Below are positions 47,059 to 55,089 of a stretch of 64,000 nt of DNA, piece by piece (the stretch's first letter is position 1; the number at the start of each line of letters is the position of its first letter). The position numbers and the translations under genes were made by a program. A model generated the notes under the pieces. That model was not told the DNA's origin. It saw nothing but the letters and a program-made list of their open reading frames with translations, and searched no databases. The stretch comes from a virus. Its lineage: Duplodnaviria; Heunggongvirae; Uroviricota; Caudoviricetes. The stretch lies in IMG/VR virus record IMGVR_UViG_3300036766_001364, positions 1-64,000 of that record; one strand, 5' to 3'.

Positions 47059-48017
47059 TGCAGTACGGGTCGGAAGTCGTCCTGATGGTCATCGAAGAAC
47101 TCGGCATCGCCGAGGTCCGTCCCGACGCATTCGGGTGGATGGACGCCTGCTGCCCGCTCCACGAAGAGAACAATCCGTCGTTCTCCATCAACCTCAACCA
47201 CGGCGGCTGGGTCTGCCGTTCGAGCTGCGGGACTGGCGGCCTGGAGTCGCTCGTCGCCGGGGCTACGGGAGAGCCGACCAGGGACGTGGCGCGACGCCTT
47301 CGCAACAGGATGCCGATGGACTCCTCGACCATCGAGCGACTCTTGGGCCGCACGGAAGGGGTCGAGATCGATTCTGCTGGGGAGCCGCTTTTCTACGAGA
47401 GGAACAGGGTCCCAAAATACATGGTCGACCGCGGGTTCGACGTCGACACTCTTAAGCGGTGGCAGGTCGGCTACGACGCAGAGAGCGATTCGGCTGTGAT
47501 GCCCGTGCGCTTAGACGGAAAGCTCGTCGGGCTGATCAGGCGCCTGGTCGATCCCGGAGACGGTCCAAAATACCTCTATACGCGCGGCATGGCGAAGGAT
47601 CAGGTCCTGTTCGGCGAATGGATGATCGGGCCGGACGTCAGAGACGTCATCGTCGTAGAGGGCCCGCTCGACGCGATGTGGCTCGACCAGCACGGGCTCC
47701 CCGCCGTGGCCATCCTGGGATCGGCGATGAGCGATCAGCAGGCCGCGATGCTCAAGAAGCGGTTCTGGGGGGCCGTCTTGGCGTTCGACGCAGATTACGC
47801 CGGAAGGCGCGCGACCAAGCTCGTGGCCGAGAAGCTCGGGCGGATGAGGCTGAGCGTGGCGGCGCTTCCAGACGGCCGAAAGGACGTCCAGGAATGTTCA
47901 GAAATTGAGCTGAAGACGATGTTTTCATCAGTCTCGGACGTGTGGTATGATCGCCTGCGCTCGAGACGCCGCGGTCGTCGAGAAGTGGATCGATGGGCCC
48001 GGCCAGCGGCGTCATGA
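47058..48017 (+). CDS. DnaG-like DNA primase (zinc-binding domain plus TOPRIM)
   Basis: CCPLHEENNPSFSIN...WVCRSSCG; TOPRIM VIVVEGPLDAMWL ... AFDADYAGRRA. Confidence 0.8.
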   Translation: MQYGSEVVLMVIEELGIAEVRPDAFGWMDACCPLHEENNPSFSINLNHGGWVCRSSCGTGGLESLVAGATGEPTRDVARRLRNRMPMDSSTIERLLGRTEGVEIDSAGEPLFYERNRVPKYMVDRGFDVDTLKRWQVGYDAESDSAVMPVRLDGKLVGLIRRLVDPGDGPKYLYTRGMAKDQVLFGEWMIGPDVRDVIVVEGPLDAMWLDQHGLPAVAILGSAMSDQQAAMLKKRFWGAVLAFDADYAGRRATKLVAEKLGRMRLSVAALPDGRKDVQECSEIELKTMFSSVSDVWYDRLRSRRRGRREVDRWARPAAS

Positions 48018-48047
48018 CGACAGCTTAACGCGTGGGGATGGAAGAGC

Positions 48048-48800
48048 ATGGATGCATCGGATAACGGTCGCCTCGAGAGCGTCGCAGGACTGTCAGCGGC
48101 CCAGATACGCGGACTTAGCGACGACGAGTTCCTCAGGCTGATGCACCCGCTGATGATCAAGTTCGCCCATCGGTCATACATCCCCGGATACGAATTCGAC
48201 GACAAGATGCAGGAGCTCGCGATCGTCCTGTTGCGGTGCAAGAAGCAATATGCGCCCGACGACCCGAGCAAGCTCGGTCACGGCGGGAAGCCGTCGGGCT
48301 TTATGAACTATACGATCAGGGCCGTGCGCAATTTCCTAGGCAAGCTCGACGAGGCCGGCAAGCGCGGAAGCTTCGTGGCGAGCCACATGGAGTGCAAGGC
48401 GTGCGGCAACGTCGTCATCGCGCGGCGCAAGGACACGTGTTCCTTCTGTAGCGGCCGACGCTGGCAGCTCGTGCGCGTCTCTCCCGCCTCGGTGGACGCG
48501 CTCAAGGAAGCCCTCGTCCCGTGGGAACCGATGTCCATGGATGACTACCCGATCGAGATCGAGGACCTCGTGGACAGGGTCCTGGCGCTCTTGCCCGCGG
48601 CGCAGCGCGACTCGGCCGTCGGCTACTTTTACGGGCACGCGTCGCTCACGGCGCCGCTCAGGCGATCGATCACGGAAGCGATCATTTCTCATCCCGGTAT
48701 CCTCATGGGTGGCCCATTTGATGCGATTCGAAACGACGCAGACGTTGAGGGCCGGGAGCACTCAGAGAGATGCCTTCAGGTGGATTCGGCAGAGGTCTAG
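48048..48800 (+). CDS. Sigma-70-like factor (region-2-like) with an inserted CxxC...CxxC zinc ribbon
   Basis: FLRLMHPLMIKFAHRSYIPGYEFDDKMQELAIVLLRCKKQYAPD resembles sigma region 2; CKACGN...CSFCSG. Confidence 0.45.
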   Translation: MDASDNGRLESVAGLSAAQIRGLSDDEFLRLMHPLMIKFAHRSYIPGYEFDDKMQELAIVLLRCKKQYAPDDPSKLGHGGKPSGFMNYTIRAVRNFLGKLDEAGKRGSFVASHMECKACGNVVIARRKDTCSFCSGRRWQLVRVSPASVDALKEALVPWEPMSMDDYPIEIEDLVDRVLALLPAAQRDSAVGYFYGHASLTAPLRRSITEAIISHPGILMGGPFDAIRNDADVEGREHSERCLQVDSAEV

Positions 48801-49600
48801 CATTCCTCAAGTCCCAGCAGGACAAGATGCCCAAGGGCTGGGGCCAGCGCACGAACAAGCTCTGGCTGAGGACGAACGAGACGGCGCAGTTCTATTTTCT
48901 GGTGGAATACGACCAGCTCACGAACCTGTTCCTCCACGTGATCGAGAAGCCGCGCGGCGGCGGGAAGAACCCGATCAAGCTTGACGTCCTGTGCACGCGA
49001 AGGGACTACGACGACGATTCGTCGACGTGCCCGATATGCGTCGAACAGGAGCGCGGCCCGATGCTCCGCATCGTCACCCCCGTCTGGGTGAAGCAGATCA
49101 TCCATCCCAACAACGTTCCCGGGTCGAAGTGGCGCCAGATCAACACGCGCGACGGGGCGACGGGCGAGCAGAAGGCCATGTTCGCCGAGTCGATCGAGGA
49201 CGTCATGCTGTGGAACATCCGTCCCAAGGTGGCGGACCAGCTCATCTCCTACTTGAGCACGGGTGGAGACGACGTGAACCCGACGCCGGTGGACACGATC
49301 CTCGACCGTGGGTTCCGCGTCCGCATCCTCGGCGAGGGGCAGCAGCGCAACGATGTCTTCTCGCACGAGCACGTCCCCGGCGTCCCCGACGCCGTGCTCG
49401 ACGCTCGCAAGAACGCGCGCGACATCGACGAGTGGATGGCGGCCGAATTCACGGACGAGATGCCCAAGGCGACGGCCGCGGGCGGCGCTAAGAAGGCCGC
49501 CGCGTCGGCCGGTCAGACCGTGAGCTACGCGACCGGCCCAGACACCGACGCCGACGCCGACGAAGCCGCGTCGGACGATGAGGAGTTCAACTTTGACTGA
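48770..49600 (+). CDS. T4 gp32-like single-stranded DNA-binding protein with a zinc site and an acidic C-terminal tail
   Basis: H...CTRRDYDDDSSTCPICV (compare gp32 C-x9-C-x2-C with DYD); tail DADADEAASDDEEFNFD; alternative start at 48827. Confidence 0.6.
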   Translation: MPSGGFGRGLAFLKSQQDKMPKGWGQRTNKLWLRTNETAQFYFLVEYDQLTNLFLHVIEKPRGGGKNPIKLDVLCTRRDYDDDSSTCPICVEQERGPMLRIVTPVWVKQIIHPNNVPGSKWRQINTRDGATGEQKAMFAESIEDVMLWNIRPKVADQLISYLSTGGDDVNPTPVDTILDRGFRVRILGEGQQRNDVFSHEHVPGVPDAVLDARKNARDIDEWMAAEFTDEMPKATAAGGAKKAAASAGQTVSYATGPDTDADADEAASDDEEFNFD

Positions 49601-49946
49601 TGAGGCGGGCCGTTCTCTTACGGTCGAACTCGGCCTCACGATCCAGTGGGGCGAGATGAACTTCATAAAGCCGTGCATCACGATCTCGATCGACCCGGAC
49701 GGGGACGTCGAGGCTCAGTTGGACCGCGGGCTCGCCGCTGCTGACGTGGCGTTCGCGCGCATCGACGGCCACATCGAGAACGTGATCGCCGACCTCATCG
49801 CGCCGAACGCGGGGCAGCCGGGGTTCAACGAGCGCGTCGAGAAGATGGAGAAGGCGCTAGAGATCGCTCGGAAGAACATCAAGACGATCAAGGAAAAGAT
49901 CGACGAACTGATCGCCGCGCCGCAGCGCGGGGCCGGCGTGACGTGA
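49578..49946 (+). CDS. Hypothetical protein (122 aa)
   Basis: ORF in track. Confidence 0.35.
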   Translation: MRSSTLTDEAGRSLTVELGLTIQWGEMNFIKPCITISIDPDGDVEAQLDRGLAAADVAFARIDGHIENVIADLIAPNAGQPGFNERVEKMEKALEIARKNIKTIKEKIDELIAAPQRGAGVT

Positions 49947-51049
49947 CAGCGAAGGCCGATCGGAAGGCGCCGATCCAGCCCCGAGCCGCGGCCGGCCGGA
50001 GCGTCGACCTCATCGGACCGTCAGACGGGATGCTCACGCTCGACGACCTGGCCGACCTGCGGAAGTCTGTCGAGAAGGACCTCGGCGCGCGCATCTATTT
50101 CGGCAACGACGAGCGGTTGAAGCTCAGGAAGCTCACCCTCGGGATCGCGCCGATAGACAGGGTGCTCGCCGGCGGGTTCGCCTTCGATCGGATGTCGCTG
50201 ATCATCGGCGAGTTCTCGGCGGGCAAGACGCTGCTCGCGCTGTTCGCCCTCAAGGCGGCGATCGAGCTGGGCGTGTCGTGCGCGTACATCGACGGAGAGA
50301 AGACGTGGACCCCCGAATGGTCTGAGAGCCTCGGCGTTGACACGTCGAAGGTCCTCGTCGTGAGGCCCCGCTCGGGAGAGGACGCGTTCAACACGGCCCT
50401 GACGCTCGTGAAGCGGCGCGTCGGTGTGCTGATCATCGATTCTCTCGCGTCGCTCAGGCCGAAGACCGAGATCGAGGGGGACGAGAAAGAGATATTCGAC
50501 CGCCAGCACGTGGCCGTGCACGCTCGCCTCATCAACCGCGGGATCGAGGACCTCGAGCAGGTCAATGACGGGACGCTCATCATCGCGATCAACCAGCTCA
50601 GGTCTGGCGTCAACGCGTACGGCAACCCCGAGACGCTGCCGGGTGGAAAGGCGCAGGGGTTCTACGCGTGGCAGCTGATCCGCGTGAGGCGCACCGCGTT
50701 CATCGAGGAGGGCGTCGGGGCCAAGAAGAAGAAGATCGGCTACAAGCTGCTGATCAGGGTGGAGAAGAGCAAGCAGTCAGAGCCGTATCGCGAAGTCGAG
50801 GTGTCATACTACTACACCGGCCAGATCGACGAGCTCATGGGCATCATCGAGATGTGCATCGAGGCCGGCGTCATCAGGCAGGAGGGCACCTATTACTTCA
50901 TCGATGACGTGGTCGACGAGGCGACGGGAGAGCTGAGCCAGCTCAAGATCTGGGGTCGACCGCGCCTGCTCGAGGCGCTCAAGGCTTCAGAGGCGCTCCA
51001 GGAGCTCATCGTCAAGCGCGTCGAATCAATGCCATCGATCGAGATCTGA
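49943..51049 (+). CDS. RecA/UvsX/RadA-family recombinase ATPase
   Basis: Walker A LIIGEFSAGKTLLAL; Walker B VLIIDSLAS; overall RecA-fold layout. Confidence 0.75.
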   Translation: MTAKADRKAPIQPRAAAGRSVDLIGPSDGMLTLDDLADLRKSVEKDLGARIYFGNDERLKLRKLTLGIAPIDRVLAGGFAFDRMSLIIGEFSAGKTLLALFALKAAIELGVSCAYIDGEKTWTPEWSESLGVDTSKVLVVRPRSGEDAFNTALTLVKRRVGVLIIDSLASLRPKTEIEGDEKEIFDRQHVAVHARLINRGIEDLEQVNDGTLIIAINQLRSGVNAYGNPETLPGGKAQGFYAWQLIRVRRTAFIEEGVGAKKKKIGYKLLIRVEKSKQSEPYREVEVSYYYTGQIDELMGIIEMCIEAGVIRQEGTYYFIDDVVDEATGELSQLKIWGRPRLLEALKASEALQELIVKRVESMPSIEI

Positions 51050-51050
51050 G

Positions 51051-51425
51051 ATGCCGCAGTGGGATCGACCGGTCGAAGACACGACGGGGACGCGCGGTCA
51101 CCGCGCGCTCCACGACGCTATCGTGGCGGTGGGGTTCGACGTCGAGGACGAGCACGCCGTGGGCCGATATTCGATCGATTGTTACGTGCGCGAAGCGCAC
51201 CTCGGCTTTGAGTTTGACGGCCCCAAGCACGGCTGGAGGAGCGCCAAGAAGCGCGATTCAGAACGCGACCTGTGGATCCGTGAGAACGGCGGGATACCGA
51301 TCATGCGCGTGACCGATAGAGACGTCTCACGGCGGAGCGAGCTGGCCGGTAGGATCCGACAGTTCATCATCGACAATGAGCACGACATCGCCGACAGGAG
51401 GGCCCAAGGATGGGCGCTGGTATAG
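51051..51425 (+). CDS. DUF559 / Vsr-like (PD-(D/E)xK) endonuclease-domain protein
   Basis: YSIDCYVREAHLGFEFDGPKHGW...RDLWIRENGGIPIMRV. Confidence 0.55.
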   Translation: MPQWDRPVEDTTGTRGHRALHDAIVAVGFDVEDEHAVGRYSIDCYVREAHLGFEFDGPKHGWRSAKKRDSERDLWIRENGGIPIMRVTDRDVSRRSELAGRIRQFIIDNEHDIADRRAQGWALV

Positions 51426-51793
51426 CGGACAACCTCCAGCAGATCATGGACGCGCAGGGACGCCTCCAGGAGCGCATGCTCCCGAAGTGGGTCGCGATGG
51501 GCGAAGCGCTCGGCCTGGACTACATGTCGCTCTACCTCAAGGAGAACTGCGTCATGCTGGTTGACGAAGCGCTCGAGGCGATGCACGAGACGCCGTGGAA
51601 GTTCCACAAGAATGACTTCGGACGAGCGATGCTTGACGGCGAGCGCGACCGCTATCTCCATGAGACGATCGACTGCCTCCATTTCGTGGTGAACATGCTC
51701 ATCTTCGCGGGCGTCACGTCTGCCGACGAGGTCTTGGCGCTCTATATGGAAAAGAACGAAATCAATCACGATCGCCAGGATCGGGGGTACTGA
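51410..51793 (+). CDS. MazG-like / dimeric-dUTPase-like all-alpha NTP pyrophosphohydrolase (candidate dCTPase/dUTPase, like T4 gp56)
   Basis: Alpha-helical protein with VDEALEAMHETPWKFHK...LHETIDCLHF acidic motifs; assignment from memory. Confidence 0.45.
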   Translation: MGAGIADNLQQIMDAQGRLQERMLPKWVAMGEALGLDYMSLYLKENCVMLVDEALEAMHETPWKFHKNDFGRAMLDGERDRYLHETIDCLHFVVNMLIFAGVTSADEVLALYMEKNEINHDRQDRGY

Positions 51794-51833
51794 GACGCCA
51801 CAGCTCCAGCCGAGGCAGACCCATAGCGCGATC

Positions 51834-52241
51834 GTGTGGATGCTCTCGGGCATGAGCGGGGTGTCGCGCGAGACGGTGCACGAGAAGTTCCAGGCGTTTC
51901 TGCAAGAGATATATGACAACCCAGACTTCAGGAAGAAGAAGGACGGATCGAAGATCAATTTCACGACGTTCAGGGGGAACGTCCACGACGCGTTCAGGAT
52001 GATCGAGACGGTGATCTACGAGCTGGACACGGCGAACGGCGCCGTCCTGAAGGCCATGCACGAGGGATACTTCGGCGGCGGGAATCTGAAGTCGATCAGG
52101 GAGAAGGTCGTGAGACTGGTCCGCGAACGGAAGCGCATCCCGATGCGAGCGAAGCGCGAGGGGATCAGAGTCGACCAGAAGCACAGGGGCGCGATCATCA
52201 CCGATCCCGCCGCAGCCGAAGCTCGACCGAGAGCAAGCTGA
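51834..52241 (+). CDS. Hypothetical protein (135 aa)
   Basis: ORF in track. Confidence 0.4.
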   Translation: MWMLSGMSGVSRETVHEKFQAFLQEIYDNPDFRKKKDGSKINFTTFRGNVHDAFRMIETVIYELDTANGAVLKAMHEGYFGGGNLKSIREKVVRLVRERKRIPMRAKREGIRVDQKHRGAIITDPAAAEARPRAS

Positions 52242-52699
52242 TGGCGGCAGATGACATCAATCGGTTCGAGGGAGAGTTCGAGTTCCTGTCGAACTTTTCG
52301 ACGTGTCGGATCGAATTCCGTGGACGGACGTTTCCGACCGTGGAGCACGCGTACCAGTCGGCTAAGACCGACGAACACCACTGGATCGACGCGATCCGGC
52401 AGGCGCCGACGCCGGCCGAGGCCAAGAAGCTCGGGCGGAAATCTCCCGTCCGGTCCGACTGGGAAGAAGTGAAGGAGGGCGCGATGATCGGTCTCCTCCG
52501 CGAGAAGTTCACGAACGAAATGCTGAGGTCGCTCCTCGTCGCTACCGGAGATCGGAAGCTCATCGAGGGAAACTGGTGGGGCGACCGATACTGGGGAGTC
52601 CATCGCGGCGAGGGCCTGAACCGGCTCGGCGAACTGCTGATGCAGGTCAGGAAAGAGATCGCGTCCGTGTATCCTCAGCCTGAGGAGTTTGTGTACTAG
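52241..52699 (+). CDS. NADAR (YbiA-like, DUF1768) domain protein
   Basis: FEGEFEFLSNFS...FPTVEHAYQSAKT...KKLGRK...REKF...LLVATGDRKLIEGNWWGDRYWG. Confidence 0.8.
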   Translation: MAADDINRFEGEFEFLSNFSTCRIEFRGRTFPTVEHAYQSAKTDEHHWIDAIRQAPTPAEAKKLGRKSPVRSDWEEVKEGAMIGLLREKFTNEMLRSLLVATGDRKLIEGNWWGDRYWGVHRGEGLNRLGELLMQVRKEIASVYPQPEEFVY

Positions 52700-53815
52700 A
52701 TGAACATCGCGCTCTTCAGGATCATGAAAAGCTTCAACTCTGGCCGCCAGGCCCTCGGAATGGGCGGGGGCGAGGAGTTCTCGACGATCGCGCGCGAGAT
52801 GGCGCGACGCGGACACCGCGTGACGGTCTACTGTGAGGTAGCGCGCACGTCCCGCGACGACCTCCTCGAGTGGGGCCTCAGGCTGAAGCCCGACGCCGCG
52901 CGCCTCGACGACGACGAGAACTGCCTGATCGTGGACAACGGGGCCGGGATCAATCTCCTGTGGGCGCCGAACCAGCTCGTCTTACCGCGGAGACTCGCTC
53001 GGTTCTACCAGCTCGTGTCGACGTGCGACGTACCGATCTTCTACTCGCAGAGCGACCCGGCGGTCAGCATGGCGATCGTCACCGAGATCGACGACTGGCT
53101 CAAGCTCCCGTCGAAGGTGGGCGTGCTCGAGTATATCACCGTACCAGAACGGGCGCTCGACGGCAAGCAGGTCATCGTGATGTTCACGCAGCATTGGCCA
53201 GACGAGTTCGCCACCAAGATCAAGTCGCGCTACGTGCAGATGGCGAAACACGGCATGAAGTACGAGCACCTCGACCTCTCGCCGACGGCGCTCATCGGCC
53301 GCGAGCGCCAGAACCCAAAGCAAGACCCCGAATACGACATCGTCTACGTGGGGAATTCACGCCGCCGAAAACGGCTGATCCCATACGTCAATCGTCCCGA
53401 CGCGCATGTGTGGGGCCAGTGGTCAGACCGCGTCCGCGCAGATCAGGTGCCGCTCGCCACGATGCACGGGAAGGTCGGCGTGCACCTGGTCCCCGGTGTG
53501 TACCACGACGGGCGCATGACGTTCGTCGTGCGCGACGACCACGAGCTCGGGTTCAACGCGCGGCCGACGCGCATATTCGAGTCAGTGCAGGCGGGATGCC
53601 CGACGTGGGTCGACGCGAAGACGTTCCGGGAGGGGTCTGAGCCGTATTGGCCGTGGCTGATCGAGCACGCCGACATCGATGCGCGGCTCGACGAGATGCG
53701 CGATCCGAATCGGCGTCGGAGCCTGGTCGGCCTGCAGCAGGACTTGGTCTCGTCTGTCGACCCGTTGCAGCCGATCGACGATCTTGAGGCCATCCTCGAG
53801 AAGCACCTGCGGTGA
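52700..53815 (+). CDS. GT-B fold glycosyltransferase (GT4-like); candidate DNA (hydroxymethylcytosine) glycosyltransferase
   Basis: N-terminal MNIALFRIMKSF..GGGEEFSTIAREMARRGHRVTVYC; C-terminal RIFESVQAGCPTWV (E...G.P motif). Confidence 0.6.
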   Translation: MNIALFRIMKSFNSGRQALGMGGGEEFSTIAREMARRGHRVTVYCEVARTSRDDLLEWGLRLKPDAARLDDDENCLIVDNGAGINLLWAPNQLVLPRRLARFYQLVSTCDVPIFYSQSDPAVSMAIVTEIDDWLKLPSKVGVLEYITVPERALDGKQVIVMFTQHWPDEFATKIKSRYVQMAKHGMKYEHLDLSPTALIGRERQNPKQDPEYDIVYVGNSRRRKRLIPYVNRPDAHVWGQWSDRVRADQVPLATMHGKVGVHLVPGVYHDGRMTFVVRDDHELGFNARPTRIFESVQAGCPTWVDAKTFREGSEPYWPWLIEHADIDARLDEMRDPNRRRSLVGLQQDLVSSVDPLQPIDDLEAILEKHLR

Positions 53816-54243
53816 GGCCGCCGCGAAAGCAGGCGTATTTCGACACCGCAGCGGTGTGGGCGCAGCAGTCCACCTGCAATCGGAAGCACGTGGGCTGCGT
53901 CCTGGTCAGTCCAGATGGGTTCGTGATCGCGACCGGGTACAACGGGTCTGAGCGCGGCCGACCGCACTGCGTGGATGTCGGGTGCTACGTTGTCGAGGGG
54001 CACTGCGCGCGGACGATCCACGCCGAGAAGAACGCCCTGCTGCAGGCCGCTTTTCGGGGCGAATCGACGCGGGGGGCGGGCTGCTACAGCACCATGAAAC
54101 CGTGCTTCCGATGTCAGATGGAACTGCGCCAAGCCGGGGTCGCCGAGTTCTTCTGGGTCGAAGACTACGACGACTATCCCGACAACCCGGGCGACATGTT
54201 CGACCTCGACGGGACGATTCGCGAGAGCTCAGAAACAGGATAA
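53812..54243 (+). CDS. dCMP deaminase (cytidine/deoxycytidylate deaminase family)
   Basis: HAEKNALLQAA ... PCFRCQMEL zinc-binding motifs; GTG start overlapping the upstream stop. Confidence 0.85.
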   Translation: MRPPRKQAYFDTAAVWAQQSTCNRKHVGCVLVSPDGFVIATGYNGSERGRPHCVDVGCYVVEGHCARTIHAEKNALLQAAFRGESTRGAGCYSTMKPCFRCQMELRQAGVAEFFWVEDYDDYPDNPGDMFDLDGTIRESSETG

Positions 54244-54282
54244 TATCCGGTCCATACGGTAGACGAGGGTGAATGTCAACGC

Positions 54283-55089
54283 ATGACAGCGCGATCGATG
54301 TCGATTGAGACTAGAGAGAAGATCAGCATTGCGACTCGGGGCCGTCCAAAGGGACCGATGCCGGTTGAGACGCGCGCGAAAATTGGTCAATCGCTCATTG
54401 GAAAGCCATGGGACACTGAGCGTAAACAGCGATATACGTCGCCGATGTTCGGTAAAACGCATACTGCCGAGTCGCGCGCCAAGATAAAGGCCGCCCGGGC
54501 ACTGCAGGTTATGACGCCGATGAGCGAAGACACACGAGAAAAATTAAGGGTCGCCAAGATCGGGTGGAATCCATCGGTTGAGACACGTAAAAAGATTGGT
54601 GATGCGCATCGCGGCAAGGCGGCCTGGAACAAGGGAATTGCATGCCCTGATGACGTGAAAGAGAAACTTCGTCAGGCGAATCTCGGCAAGAAGGCGTCTT
54701 TCGAGACTCGTGAAAAGCTCAGTCTGTTCTTCAGGAATGTGCCACGAACGCCAGAGTGGTGTCAGCGCATAGCTGAAGGTAAGCGACGGCACATTGTTGC
54801 TGGGACAGATTGCGCGGGCGCGTGCTGTCGCCCTAAATGGAGCAATACGCTCCTCGAACAGGCCCTCGCTAGATTGCTTGGCGATTTTCCGCACGTCGTT
54901 CAGTGGAAACGTTTTGGACATTTCACGGTCGACGCATATCTGCCTCATCCATATCATTTAGCGTTTGAAGCGGACGGCTGGCATCATCAGTTCAGGATAG
55001 AGCGCGATCTTGAGAGAGATCAATGGTTGCTTAAAAATCATCAGTTGATCGTCATTCGCCTGACCACTGATGATTTGAAAGGAATATAA
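54283..55089 (+). CDS. Free-standing homing-endonuclease-like protein: about 7 N-terminal NUMOD3 repeats plus a C-terminal DUF559/Vsr-like nuclease domain
   Basis: Repeats ETREKIS / ETRAKIG / ESRAKIK / DTREKLR / ETRKKIG / DVKEKLR / ETREKLS; C-terminal FGHFTVDAYLPHPYHLAFEADGWHH...RIERDLERDQWLL. Confidence 0.65.
   Translation: MTARSMSIETREKISIATRGRPKGPMPVETRAKIGQSLIGKPWDTERKQRYTSPMFGKTHTAESRAKIKAARALQVMTPMSEDTREKLRVAKIGWNPSVETRKKIGDAHRGKAAWNKGIACPDDVKEKLRQANLGKKASFETREKLSLFFRNVPRTPEWCQRIAEGKRRHIVAGTDCAGACCRPKWSNTLLEQALARLLGDFPHVVQWKRFGHFTVDAYLPHPYHLAFEADGWHHQFRIERDLERDQWLLKNHQLIVIRLTTDDLKGI

Noticed and set aside
52691-52698. gtgtactag resembling the GTAC promoter motif before the glycosyltransferase gene
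   Set aside because: The sequence is simply the codons Val-Tyr-stop of the upstream NADAR gene followed by ATG, so it is most likely coincidental.
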